In this document: positions 48,155-57,756 of the stretch, piece after piece
Position numbering within the stretch: position 1 is the first letter of the stretch
How the letters are laid out: every line of letters begins with the position of its first letter
Origin: Isoptericola halotolerans
GTDB taxonomy: Bacteria > Actinomycetota > Actinomycetes > Actinomycetales > Cellulomonadaceae
NCBI RefSeq assembly: GCF_013149785.1
Contig: NZ_JABEZU010000001.1
Location: 1,550,001 to 1,614,000, forward strand
Direction of reading: 5' to 3'
Length of the DNA stretch: 64,000 nt
The notes under the pieces: generated by a model
What the model was told of the DNA's origin: nothing
The model's input: the letters and a program-made list of their open reading frames with translations, nothing else
Database searches by the model: none
Position numbers and translations under genes: made by a program

Positions 48155-48997
48155 TCACAGGCCCGCGGCGTCGGCGAGGCGGTCGACGGCGTCGGCCACG
48201 TCGGGCCCGAACATCACCGGGTCGTTGTGGTCGGCGCCGGGCAGCGCGAGACGCTCGGCGAGCCGGGGTGCGGCCTCGGCCACCGCGTGGCTCTGGTCCG
48301 GCGGGACCACCGAGTCGGCGTCACCGTGCACGACGGTGACCGGCACCTGAGCGGCGGCGACGTGCTCGCGCACCTCGTAGCGGTCGCGCAGCAGGCTCCG
48401 GACGGGCAGCACGGGATAGTGGTGCTCGCCGACGTCGGCGAGCGAGGTGAAGGGCGAGCGCAGCACGAGCCCGGCCCCGGGATCCTCGGTGTGGAGCCGG
48501 GCCACCACCGCGGTGCCCAGCGACTCGCCGAGGTAGACGGTGCGCTGCGGCGGGTACCCGCGGTCGTCGAGCGCCTCCAGCGCGGCGAGCGCGTCGGCGT
48601 GCAGGCCGTCGGCGGACGGTGACCCCGGGTTGCCGCCGTAGCCGCGATACTCCAGCAGCAGCACCGCGAACCCGCGGTCGGCGAGGCGCTGAGCGAGACC
48701 GGTGCGGCCGAGCCGGTTGCCGCCGTTGCCAGGGGCCATGAGCACGGCGGCGTCGCGTGCCGTGGCGCCGGCCGGCACGAACCACGCGGTGAGCTCCAGC
48801 CCGTCGTCGGTCCGGAGCGTGACGTCCTCGCCGCCGTCGAGGACGGAGGCTGCGGGACCGGGGTCGGTGCGGTCGGGGTGGTAGACGAGCAGGTCCTGCC
48901 CCCACCAGACCAGGGCGAGCAGGAGCGCGCCGACGGCGACCAGGGCGACGAGGCCGCCCAGCGCCCGGCGCCTCCACGGGGACGTGGTCGTGTCCAT
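48155..48997 (-). CDS. Membrane-anchored alpha/beta hydrolase (ABHD13/Bem46-like)
   Basis: N-terminal TM, GNGGN, YRGYG, GESLG nucleophile, HGDAD, ADHND. Confidence 0.88.
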   Translation of the reverse strand: MDTTTSPWRRRALGGLVALVAVGALLLALVWWGQDLLVYHPDRTDPGPAASVLDGGEDVTLRTDDGLELTAWFVPAGATARDAAVLMAPGNGGNRLGRTGLAQRLADRGFAVLLLEYRGYGGNPGSPSADGLHADALAALEALDDRGYPPQRTVYLGESLGTAVVARLHTEDPGAGLVLRSPFTSLADVGEHHYPVLPVRSLLRDRYEVREHVAAAQVPVTVVHGDADSVVPPDQSHAVAEAAPRLAERLALPGADHNDPVMFGPDVADAVDRLADAAGL

Positions 48998-49067
48998 CCG
49001 TCCATCGTCGCCGATCGGTCGCTCGGTCCAGAAATACTGTGCCAAGCGCGCCGCCTCGTGGGTCCGC

Positions 49068-49089
49068 TGTCAGCGCGGGGTGCGAGCAT
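49068..49089 (+). promoter_or_regulatory. PafBC/RecA-NDp-type promoter of the SNF2 gene
   Basis: TGTCAG-N10-GAGCAT, 6 nt before in-frame GTG 49096. Confidence 0.5.
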
Positions 49090-49095
49090 GGGCAC

Positions 49096-52000
49096 GTGCC
49101 CCCGCCGTCCTCCGCGCCACCCCGCATCGACCCGCTCGTCGTCGGCGGGATCGTCGGCACCACGACGTTCCGTCGGGCACAGGGATATCAGCGCGCGGGA
49201 GCCGTCGTCTCCTGGCGGTGGGAGGCCGAGACGCTGGTCCTGACGTCCCAGGTGGGGGGCAGCGGCCCGCGGCCGTACGCCTGTCGGGTGTGGTTCGACC
49301 TCGACGCCGCGGGACGGTACGCGTTCGTGGACTCCTCCTGCTCGTGCCCGGTGGGCGTCGACTGCAAGCACGTCGCCGCCACGCTCCTGCACGTCGGACC
49401 GCACGGCGTGGCCGGGCCGCGGGCACCGGCACCGGACGACACGGGGTGGCGCAGCCGGCTCGCCGCGGTGACCGGACGCTCGACCCCGACGGCGGCGCCA
49501 CCGTCGGGCGCGGCCCTGCCCGTCGCGCTCCGCTTCCGCCTGGACGGGGCGTTCGGCGACGCCGACCCCGGCCTGTCGGTGCGACCGGTGGTCCCCGCCC
49601 GCAACGGGGGGTGGAAGACGGCGCCCGAGGCGAGCTGGGACGCCCTCGCCCGTGGCCTCTACGCGTTCGCCGACGTCAGGGCGACGCCGACGCCGCCGGT
49701 GCGGCGATGGTTCGCCGACCTCGGCGCCGCGCTGCAGGACGGCACGTCCCGGCCGCGGGAGGCCTGGCGGCCGCTGGCGACGGGAGGCCGAGGTCTCTGG
49801 CCGTTGCTGGCCGAGGCCGCGGAGCTGCGCATCCCTCTCGTCGGGCACGGCCACCAGGACGAGGTCGTCCTGGCGGGGGCCGCGACGGTACGGCTCGAGG
49901 TCTCGGCCTCGGACACGGGGGTCCGGCTGGCGCCCGTGGTCTCCCTCGACGGCGTCGACGTCGGGAGCGCCGCGCAGCTCGGCGTGGTCGGGGACACCGG
50001 CCTGTTCGCCGCCGAGCCCGGGTCCGGCCGCACGACGCTCCGCCTCGGCCCGGCACCGCGTCGGCTCGGCGACGGGGTGCGTGAGCTCGTCACCCTCGGC
50101 CCCACGGAGGTGCCGGCGTCAGACGTCGACGAGCTCTTCGCCGAGCACCTGCCGGCGCTGCGGCGGACCGTCCGCGTGGTCCCGGACGGCAGCGTCGAGC
50201 TGCCCGAGAACCCTCGCCCCCGGCTCGTCGCCACGACCCGGTTCGCCTCGCCCGAGCAGGCCGAGCTGACCTGGGGCTGGCACTACCCGCGGGGTGACGG
50301 GGGTCCGTGGACCGTCCCGCTCGACGGTGCCCGGCTCGACCCGGCGCGAGACCCCGAGGCGGAGTCCGAGATCCGCGCCAAGGCCACCTCCGCCGTCCGC
50401 GGCGTGGTGGGCTTCGAACGGTTCGAGCCCGAGGCCCACCACCGGTTCACCGGGCTCGACGCCCTCGACCTCGCGCACGACGTGCTGCCCGCGCTCGCCG
50501 CGGCCGGGGTCGTCCTCGACGGCGACCCGGCGCCCGACTACCACCACCTCGACGGCCCGGCCCGGGTGGTGGTCGACGGGGCGCCGTCCGGCGGCTCGGA
50601 CTGGCTCGACCTCGGTGTGTCGGTGACCGTCGGCGGCAGGGAGATCCCGTTCACCCGACTCTTCACCGCGCTGTCCCAGGGACGCAAGCGCCTGCTCCTG
50701 GTCGACGGCTCCTGGATGATGCTGAACCAGCCGTCGCTCGGGCGCCTGCGATCGCTCATCGAGGAGGCGACGGCGCTCAGCGACAAGCCCGGTCGGCTGC
50801 GGGTCAGCGGCTACGACGCCCAGCTCTGGGGCGAGCTCGAGGACCTCGCCGACGACGTCCGCGTCCCGGAGCGCTGGCACCGCACGGTGTCGGGGCTGCG
50901 AGAGCTGGCCGACGGCCGGCGCACCCCGGAACCGCTCGAGGCGCCGGACGGGTTGCGGGCCGCGCTGCGGCCCTACCAGCACCAGGCGTTCGAGTGGCTG
51001 ACGTTCCTGTGGCGGCACGGGCTCGGCGGGATCCTCGCCGACGACATGGGGCTGGGCAAGACGATCGAGACGCTGGCCTTCCTCGAGCACGTCCGCGCCG
51101 AGAGCGCGGCCACGCACGACGTCACGTCCCCACCTCCGTTCGTCGTGGTGGCACCGGCGTCCGTGGTCGGCAACTGGGTGGACGAGGCCGCGAGGTTCAC
51201 CCCGGGACTCACCGTGGTCGCGATGACCGCGACGACGAAGAAGCTCGGCCGCGGCCTCGCCGACGTCGCCCGGGACGTGGACGTGCTGGTCACCTCCTAT
51301 GCCGTCTACCGGTTGGAGTTCGAGGCGTTCGCCGGCCTGGAGTGGTCCGGCCTGATCCTCGACGAGGCCCAGTTCGCGAAGAACCCGCGCACCCGCGCGA
51401 ACCAGATGGCGCGGCGCCTCGACACACCGTTCAAGCTCGCGATCACCGGCACGCCGATGGAGAACAACCTCACCGAGCTGTGGGCGATGCTCGCGATCGT
51501 GGCCCCGGGCCTGTACCCGTCGCTGCACCGGTTCCGGGCCGAGACCGTCCGGCCGGTCGACGCCGCGGCGCAGGACGACGACCCGGCGGTCGTCGCGGCC
51601 GGCAACCGTGCGCTCGCACGTCTCCAGCGGCGCATCCGGGCACTCATGCTGCGCAGGACGAAGGAGCAGGTGGCGCCCGAGCTGCCGGAGCGGCAGGAAC
51701 AGGTGCTGAGGGTGCCGCTGTCGCCGGACCACCGGCGCGTCTACGACACCCACCTGCAGCGCGAGCGCCAGCGGCTGCTCGGGCTGCTGACGGACTTCGA
51801 GGCGAACAAGGCCGCGATCTTCCGCTCGTTGACGACCCTGCGCCGGCTCGCCCTCGACGCCTCGCTGGTCGACCCCGCGTACGCCGGCGTGGGGTCCGCC
51901 AAGCTCGACGTGGTCGTCGACCAGCTCGTCGAGATCGCGGCCGAGGGCCACCGCGCGCTCGTCTTCTCCCAGTTCACGTCGTTCCTGCGACGGGTCGAGG

Positions 52001-52404
52001 AGCGATGCGCCGCAGCGGGTGTGGCGACGGTCTACCTCGACGGGAGCACCCGTGACCGCCCGGCGGTCATCCGGAGCTTCAAGCAGGGGCGGGCGCCGGT
52101 GTTCCTCATCAGCCTCAAGGCGGGTGGGTTCGGTCTCAACCTCACCGAGGCCGACCACGTCTACCTGCTCGACCCGTGGTGGAACCCGGCAGCGGAGGCC
52201 CAGGCGATCGACCGCACGCACCGCATCGGCCAGACCCGTCACGTCGTGGTCACCCGGCTGGTCGCGGCCGACACCATCGAGGAGAAGGTCATGGCTCTCG
52301 CGCAGCGCAAGGCCGCTCTCTTCGACGCCGTCGTGGACGACGACGCCGGGGCGTTCGCCGGGGCGCTCGCGGCCGACGACGTGCGCGGCCTGCTGGAGGC
52401 CTAG
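49096..52404 (+). CDS. SWIM zinc-finger SNF2-family helicase/ATPase
   Basis: CSCPVGVDCKH SWIM, LRPYQ, LADDMGLGKT, ILDEAQ, TGTPMEN, FSQF, KAGGFGLNL, QAIDRTHRIGQ. Confidence 0.93.
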   Translation: MPPPSSAPPRIDPLVVGGIVGTTTFRRAQGYQRAGAVVSWRWEAETLVLTSQVGGSGPRPYACRVWFDLDAAGRYAFVDSSCSCPVGVDCKHVAATLLHVGPHGVAGPRAPAPDDTGWRSRLAAVTGRSTPTAAPPSGAALPVALRFRLDGAFGDADPGLSVRPVVPARNGGWKTAPEASWDALARGLYAFADVRATPTPPVRRWFADLGAALQDGTSRPREAWRPLATGGRGLWPLLAEAAELRIPLVGHGHQDEVVLAGAATVRLEVSASDTGVRLAPVVSLDGVDVGSAAQLGVVGDTGLFAAEPGSGRTTLRLGPAPRRLGDGVRELVTLGPTEVPASDVDELFAEHLPALRRTVRVVPDGSVELPENPRPRLVATTRFASPEQAELTWGWHYPRGDGGPWTVPLDGARLDPARDPEAESEIRAKATSAVRGVVGFERFEPEAHHRFTGLDALDLAHDVLPALAAAGVVLDGDPAPDYHHLDGPARVVVDGAPSGGSDWLDLGVSVTVGGREIPFTRLFTALSQGRKRLLLVDGSWMMLNQPSLGRLRSLIEEATALSDKPGRLRVSGYDAQLWGELEDLADDVRVPERWHRTVSGLRELADGRRTPEPLEAPDGLRAALRPYQHQAFEWLTFLWRHGLGGILADDMGLGKTIETLAFLEHVRAESAATHDVTSPPPFVVVAPASVVGNWVDEAARFTPGLTVVAMTATTKKLGRGLADVARDVDVLVTSYAVYRLEFEAFAGLEWSGLILDEAQFAKNPRTRANQMARRLDTPFKLAITGTPMENNLTELWAMLAIVAPGLYPSLHRFRAETVRPVDAAAQDDDPAVVAAGNRALARLQRRIRALMLRRTKEQVAPELPERQEQVLRVPLSPDHRRVYDTHLQRERQRLLGLLTDFEANKAAIFRSLTTLRRLALDASLVDPAYAGVGSAKLDVVVDQLVEIAAEGHRALVFSQFTSFLRRVEERCAAAGVATVYLDGSTRDRPAVIRSFKQGRAPVFLISLKAGGFGLNLTEADHVYLLDPWWNPAAEAQAIDRTHRIGQTRHVVVTRLVAADTIEEKVMALAQRKAALFDAVVDDDAGAFAGALAADDVRGLLEA

Positions 52405-52445
52405 GGCGGACCTCGGACCGAGCCGCCACGGCCGGGAGCGACGCG

Positions 52446-54908
52446 TCAGCGCGTCCCCAGGACGAACGGGTGGACCGCGGCGGCCCCGGCCTGGCGCAGG
52501 AGCCGTGCCGCGACCGCGAGCGTCCAGCCCGACTCCGTCCAGTCGTCCACCAGCAGGATCGTGCGTCCGGGCAGGCCCGAGAGGGCGGCCTCACCGAGCT
52601 CGAGCCGCAGGCGCCGGGCGACACCGGCGAGGCGCATCGCCGAGTTCACGTCGTGCCGGCCGGGTTCCTCCTCGCCCGGCGCCGGACCCACCGCACCGAT
52701 CATCGGCACGCCCAGGTACGCCGCGAGGCCGGTCGCCAGGTGGTAGGTGAGCTGCGGTCGGGTCACCGATCGCACCGCCACGACCCCCTCGATGCGCAGC
52801 GGTCGTCCGGCATCGCCCGGCCTGATGTCGCCGTCCGGGTCCGCCGAGTCCTGCGTGTCGTCCGGGACCCGGATCGCGTCCCAGTCGTCCAGCACCCGCG
52901 CCGCGGCGGTGCGCAGGGCGACCGGGGTCTCGCCGTCAGGGGTCGTGGGGGCGAACAGCTCACGAACCGGTCCTGACCATCCCAGGCCGTCGAACCGGGC
53001 CACGGCCCGCCCGGGCTCGGCGCGCTCGGCCTCGGGGATCTTCCCCTTCATGTCCAGCCCGAGCGTCGCCAGCCCGGAGGGCCACATCTTGCGGGGCTCG
53101 ACCTCCACTCCGGGACGGTCCATCTCGGAGCGCGCCTCGGCCACCGACTCCGAGGAGGGCGGCGGGGGCAGCAGCACGCCGCCGCACCTGTCGCACCTCC
53201 CGCACGTCCATCCGTCCGGGAGGGCGGGGTCGTCGAGCTGCGCCCGCAGGTAGCGCATCCGGCAGCCGTCGGTCGCCACGTAGTCGAGCATGGCCTGCGC
53301 CTCGACGCGCCGGGTCTCGGCCACCCGCTCGTAGCGGGCGGCGTCGTACACCCACTCGACGCCCGTGGCGACCCAGCCGCCCTTGACCCGTCGGACGGCA
53401 CCGTCGACGTCGAGCACCTTGAGCATCGACTCCAGGCGGGAACGCTTCAGGTCCACCCGCGTCTCCAGCGCTGCCGTCGAGACGGTGCCGCCCTCGTCGG
53501 CCAGCGCGGCGAGGGTGGCGCGCACCTGCGCCTCGGCGGGAAAGGCCTGGGAGCCGAACCATTCCCAGATGGCCTTGTCCTCGTGCCCGGGCAGCAGCAC
53601 GACCACCGCGGAGTCCACCCCACGGCCGGCACGTCCGACCTGCTGGTAGTACGCGATGGGCGACGACGGTGCCCCGAGGTGGACGACGAACGACAGGTCG
53701 GGCTTGTCGAAACCCATGCCGAGCGCCGACGTCGCGACCAGGGCCTTGACGCGGTTCTCCTTGAGGTCCTCCTCGAGCTGGGCGCGCAGCGTCGGGTCCG
53801 TGCGACCGGTGTACGCCGCCACGGCGAGCCCTGCGGAGCGCAGCTGCGAGGCGACCTCGTCGGCCGCGGACACCGTGAGGCAGTACACGATCCCGGAGCC
53901 GTCGATCTCCTGCAGCGCCTCCACGAGCCAGGCGACGCGGGTCGGCTGGTCGCCGAGCTCGAGCACCGCCAGGTGCAGGGACTCCCGGTCCAGGCCGCCG
54001 CGCAGCACGAGCACCTCGTCCGAGGAGGCCATGGCGCCGTCCACGGCGGCGACGCCGCCGCCGTCGTGCCCGCCCGTCCTGACCGCCAGCTGTTCGGCGA
54101 CGTCGCGGGTGACACGCTCGTTCGCCGTCGCGGTCGTGGCGAGCACCGGGATGCCCGGTGGCAGGTCTGCGAGCAGGGTGCGGATGCGCCGGTAGTCGGG
54201 GCGGAAGTCGTGGCCCCAGTCCGAGATGCAGTGGGCCTCGTCGATCACGACGAGGCCGGCGTCGGCCGCCAGCCGGGGGAGCACCTCGTCCCGGAACGCG
54301 GGGTTGTTGAGGCGCTCGGGCGAGCACAGCAGCACGTCGACCTCACCGGCGGCGATCCCGGCGTGCACCTGGTCCCACTCGGTGACGTTCGAGGAGTTGA
54401 TCGTCACCGCGCGGATGCCGGCGCGCGCGGCGGCGGCGATCTGGTCGCGCATCAGTGCCAGCAGCGGCGAGACGATCACCGTCGGCCCGGCACCCCGGGC
54501 CCGCAGCAGGCTGGTGGCGACGAAGTACACGGCCGACTTGCCCCACCCGGTGCGCTGCACCACCAGGGCTCGGCGGTGGAAAGCCACCAGTGCCTCGATG
54601 GCGCTCCACTGGTCGTCACGCAGCTCGGCGTCGTCGCGCCCGACGAGCGCCCGCAGGGACTCGGTCGCCTGCTCGCGCAGCGTGCCCCCGGCACCTCCCG
54701 CGGTGTCCATCAGACCGCGCAGCATGGCGAGCTTGGCGCGCTTGGCCGCGTCGTCGTGCGCGGTCGGGGCGGGCATGTCAGGGGCCGGTGGAGGAGCGTC
54801 GTGGGGTGGTGGGACGTCGTCGGGCGGGGGAGCGTCGTCGGGTGGTGGGACGTCGTCGTCGGTCCAGGTGGGCACGAGGTCGGCGTACGGGTCGTCCGAG
54901 GAGGTCAC
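52446..54908 (-). CDS. rqlH: RqlH-type RecQ-like helicase with Zn domain and C-terminal phosphoribosyltransferase-like domain
   Basis: QRTGWGKS, DEAHCISDWGHDFRP, QQVGRAGR, CRM...CGRCDRC, C-terminal ILLVDDWTESGWTL. Confidence 0.85.
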   Translation of the reverse strand: MTSSDDPYADLVPTWTDDDVPPPDDAPPPDDVPPPHDAPPPAPDMPAPTAHDDAAKRAKLAMLRGLMDTAGGAGGTLREQATESLRALVGRDDAELRDDQWSAIEALVAFHRRALVVQRTGWGKSAVYFVATSLLRARGAGPTVIVSPLLALMRDQIAAAARAGIRAVTINSSNVTEWDQVHAGIAAGEVDVLLCSPERLNNPAFRDEVLPRLAADAGLVVIDEAHCISDWGHDFRPDYRRIRTLLADLPPGIPVLATTATANERVTRDVAEQLAVRTGGHDGGGVAAVDGAMASSDEVLVLRGGLDRESLHLAVLELGDQPTRVAWLVEALQEIDGSGIVYCLTVSAADEVASQLRSAGLAVAAYTGRTDPTLRAQLEEDLKENRVKALVATSALGMGFDKPDLSFVVHLGAPSSPIAYYQQVGRAGRGVDSAVVVLLPGHEDKAIWEWFGSQAFPAEAQVRATLAALADEGGTVSTAALETRVDLKRSRLESMLKVLDVDGAVRRVKGGWVATGVEWVYDAARYERVAETRRVEAQAMLDYVATDGCRMRYLRAQLDDPALPDGWTCGRCDRCGGVLLPPPPSSESVAEARSEMDRPGVEVEPRKMWPSGLATLGLDMKGKIPEAERAEPGRAVARFDGLGWSGPVRELFAPTTPDGETPVALRTAAARVLDDWDAIRVPDDTQDSADPDGDIRPGDAGRPLRIEGVVAVRSVTRPQLTYHLATGLAAYLGVPMIGAVGPAPGEEEPGRHDVNSAMRLAGVARRLRLELGEAALSGLPGRTILLVDDWTESGWTLAVAARLLRQAGAAAVHPFVLGTR
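54786..54857 (-). repeat. Coding tandem repeat, 4 x 18 bp (DDVPPP-DDAPPP-DDVPPP-HDAPPP)
   Basis: Units at 54786, 54804, 54822, 54840; units 54804 and 54840 are identical (GGGTGGTGGGACGTCGTC). Confidence 0.9.
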
Positions 54909-54914
54909 CCTGTG

Positions 54915-54936
54915 ATCGTAGGGGGAACCGGCGACA
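54915..54936 (-). promoter_or_regulatory. PafBC/RecA-NDp-type promoter of rqlH
   Basis: Minus strand TGTCGC-N10-TACGAT, 6 nt before GTG 54908. Confidence 0.65.
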
Positions 54937-54960
54937 TGCCGCGGGCTGTCTCCACAGGGG

Positions 54961-55374
54961 TCAGCGGGCCTGCTCGCGGACCAGCGCGATGGTGGACGCG
55001 ACGACGGCGACGAGCTCTGCGGCCGCGGCGACGAGCTCGGTGGTGCCCACGACCTGCGTCGTGATCCCCAGCAGGTCCGAGGTGGCCGAGGCGACGAAGG
55101 CGAGCAGCGTGGCGGCCCCGAAGATGATGCCGCCCACCAGCGGGAGCCAGTGCCGCCAGGTCAGGAGCAGCACCGCCAGGACGACGCCGCTGATCGCGTT
55201 GACGAGGAACAGCGGCCCCACCAGCGGGATGTCGTCGTAGCCGCGGGTCCACAGCACCAGGTGCACCAGCGCCGAGACGACCACCCCGGCCGCAGCCAGG
55301 GACCGCCACACCCACGAGGGGGCGACGGCGGGTCGCCCGTGTGCCGCTGGCACCTTCGGTGTGGGTGCGTCCAT
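54961..55374 (-). CDS. Small 4-TM membrane protein of unknown function
   Basis: Four hydrophobic segments, VHLVLW..GY..IPLVGPLFLVN; start ATG 55374 or 55383. Confidence 0.75.
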   Translation of the reverse strand: MDAPTPKVPAAHGRPAVAPSWVWRSLAAAGVVVSALVHLVLWTRGYDDIPLVGPLFLVNAISGVVLAVLLLTWRHWLPLVGGIIFGAATLLAFVASATSDLLGITTQVVGTTELVAAAAELVAVVASTIALVREQAR

Positions 55375-55424
55375 GATGGACATGCTGCCACCGAGTTCAC
55401 CCTGCGTCACCACCGAGGAGCTCC

Positions 55425-55892
55425 ATGACCGAGACGATCCGCACTCCTGAGGCGTCGACCGCACGAGGCTGTTCCCGCCGACAGCTGCTGCGCCGCGCCG
55501 GCGTGGCCGCCGGGACCGTCGCCGGTGCGGGGGTCCTGGCAGCCTGCGCCGAGGGGGCCGACCCGGCGGCATCGGTCAGCGAGGCCTCCGGCTCCGGGGC
55601 GGGCGAGTTCGTGGTGGCCCTGTCGGACGTCCCGGTCGGCGGCGCGGTGAGCGCCGAGGTCGCCGGCGTGGCCGTGCTGGTCACCCAGCCCGTCGAGGGC
55701 GAGGTCCACGTCTTCAGCGCGGTCTGCACGCACCAGGGCTGCACGGTCACCCCGGGTGACGGCGAGCTCGAGTGTCCCTGCCACCGGTCGGTCTTCACGC
55801 TGACCGACGCCGCGGTCGTCTCCGGACCCGCCCCCGAACCCCTCGGTGAGATCGCGGCCGAGATCGTCGACGGCGAGGTCGTCGTGGCCTGA
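55425..55892 (+). CDS. Tat-exported Rieske [2Fe-2S] lipoprotein
   Basis: SRRQLL twin-arginine, LAAC lipobox, CTHQGC and CPCHRS; GAGGAG RBS. Confidence 0.92.
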   Translation: MTETIRTPEASTARGCSRRQLLRRAGVAAGTVAGAGVLAACAEGADPAASVSEASGSGAGEFVVALSDVPVGGAVSAEVAGVAVLVTQPVEGEVHVFSAVCTHQGCTVTPGDGELECPCHRSVFTLTDAAVVSGPAPEPLGEIAAEIVDGEVVVA

Positions 55893-56028
55893 CCGTCCGG
55901 CCGTCGGCCGCTCGGCAGCTCCGTGACCTGCGCCGTCGTCGGCGGCACGACCCGCGCCGGCGCCTCGTGGATCGCGGTGTCGCGGTACCCGCGACGAGGC
56001 AGGCCCGAAGGGTTCGTAGACTGGTGCG

Positions 56029-57153
56029 GTGACCACCCCCGACGCTCCGGCCCTGCCGCTGCGCCCCGAGCTCGCCGACGAGGTGCCCTACGGTGCACCG
56101 CAGCTCGACGTGCCCGTCCGGCTCAACGTCAACGAGAACCCCTACGCGCCGTCCGACGACGTCGTGGCGACCATCGCCGAGCACGTCGCGCACGCCGCGC
56201 GCGGGCTCAACCGGTACCCCGACCGCGACTTCGACGCGCTGCGCGACGACCTCGCGCAGTACCTGGCCGTGGAGTCGGGGGTCCACCTCCACCGGTCGCA
56301 GCTGTGGGCGGCCAACGGGTCGAACGAGGTCATGCTGCACCTGCTGCAGGCGTTCGGCGGGCCCGGCCGCACGGCCGTGTCGTTCGCGCCGACGTACTCG
56401 ATGTACCCCGAGTACGCGCGCGACACGCACACCCGCTGGGTGACCGGCCGCCGCGCCGAGGACTTCACGATCGACACCGCCGAGGCGGTCGGGCTCGTCG
56501 AGACGGAGCGGCCGTCGGTGATCCTCCTGGCCAGCCCGAACAACCCCACCGGCACGGCCCTGGACCTCACCACGATCCGGGCGGTGCTGGACGCGGCGGC
56601 GCGGATCCCCGCCGTCGTCGTCGTCGACGAGGCCTACGCCGAGTTCCGGCGCGCGGGCACCCCGTCGGCCCTGGAGCTGCTCGACCGCTACCCGCACCTG
56701 GCTGTGACGCGCACCATGTCCAAGGCGTTCGCCGCCGCCGGGCTGCGCCTGGGCTACCTCGCCGCCTCCACGGAGCTCGTGGACGCGCTGCGGGTGGTGC
56801 GGCTGCCGTACCACCTGTCCGCCGTCACCCAGGCGACGGCGCGTGCGGCGCTCTCGCACCGGGACTCGCTGCTCGCCCAGGTGGCGGACCTGCGTGCGGG
56901 GCGGGACGACCTCGTGGGATGGTTGCGCGCGCAGCGTGTCGACGGCCGGCCGCTGCAGGTGGCCGACAGCGACGCCAACTTCGTGCTGTTCGGCACCTTC
57001 GACGACCGGCACGCCGTCTGGCAGGGGCTGCTCGACCGCGGTGTGCTCATCCGCGAGACCGGCCCGGAGGGCTGGTTGCGGGTCTCGGTGGGGACACCGG
57101 GGGAGACCCAGGCGTTCAAGGACGCGTTGACCGACGTGATCGGAGAGAAGTGA
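56029..57153 (+). CDS. hisC: Histidinol-phosphate aminotransferase
   Basis: [41 protein letters not shown]. Confidence 0.96.
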   Translation: MTTPDAPALPLRPELADEVPYGAPQLDVPVRLNVNENPYAPSDDVVATIAEHVAHAARGLNRYPDRDFDALRDDLAQYLAVESGVHLHRSQLWAANGSNEVMLHLLQAFGGPGRTAVSFAPTYSMYPEYARDTHTRWVTGRRAEDFTIDTAEAVGLVETERPSVILLASPNNPTGTALDLTTIRAVLDAAARIPAVVVVDEAYAEFRRAGTPSALELLDRYPHLAVTRTMSKAFAAAGLRLGYLAASTELVDALRVVRLPYHLSAVTQATARAALSHRDSLLAQVADLRAGRDDLVGWLRAQRVDGRPLQVADSDANFVLFGTFDDRHAVWQGLLDRGVLIRETGPEGWLRVSVGTPGETQAFKDALTDVIGEK

Positions 57154-57755
57154 TGGAAGACCGCACCGCGCGCGTGGAGCGCGCCACGAGCGAGTCGAAC
57201 GTGGTCGTCGAGGTGAACCTCGACGGCAGCGGGCGCACCGACGTCTCGACCACCGTGCCCTTCTTCGACCACATGCTCACCGCCCTCGGCAAGCACTCCC
57301 TCATCGACCTCACCGTCAGGGCGACGGGCGACACCCACATCGACGCCCACCACACCGTCGAGGACACCGCCATCGTGCTCGGCGAGGCGCTCGAGCAGGC
57401 GCTCGGGGACAAGCGCGGCATCTCCCGCTTCGGCGACGCGCTGGTGCCGCTCGACGAGGCGCTCGCCCAGGCCGTCGTCGACGTCTCGGGCCGCCCGTAC
57501 CTCGTCCACTCCGGCGAGCCCGCGGGCCAGGAGTACCACCTCATCGGCGGGCACTTCACCGGGTCGCTCACCCGGCACGTGCTCGAGTCGATCGCCCACC
57601 ACGCGAACATCTGCCTCCACGTGCGGGTCCTGGCCGGCCGTGACCCGCACCACATCGTCGAGGCGCAGTTCAAGGCCCTGGCCCGCGCGCTGCGGGCCGC
57701 CGTCGCGCGGGACCCCCGCGTCGACGGCATCCCGTCGACCAAGGGAGCGCTGTAG
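57153..57755 (+). CDS. hisB: Imidazoleglycerol-phosphate dehydratase
   Basis: [39 protein letters not shown]. Confidence 0.97.
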   Translation: MEDRTARVERATSESNVVVEVNLDGSGRTDVSTTVPFFDHMLTALGKHSLIDLTVRATGDTHIDAHHTVEDTAIVLGEALEQALGDKRGISRFGDALVPLDEALAQAVVDVSGRPYLVHSGEPAGQEYHLIGGHFTGSLTRHVLESIAHHANICLHVRVLAGRDPHHIVEAQFKALARALRAAVARDPRVDGIPSTKGAL

Positions 57756-57756
57756 C

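Noticed and set aside
48136..56028. Mobile element or defence island between hisD and hisC
   Set aside because: No integrase, transposase, att or tRNA site, nuclease or methylase; composition looks like the flanks; genes fit housekeeping repair and redox roles
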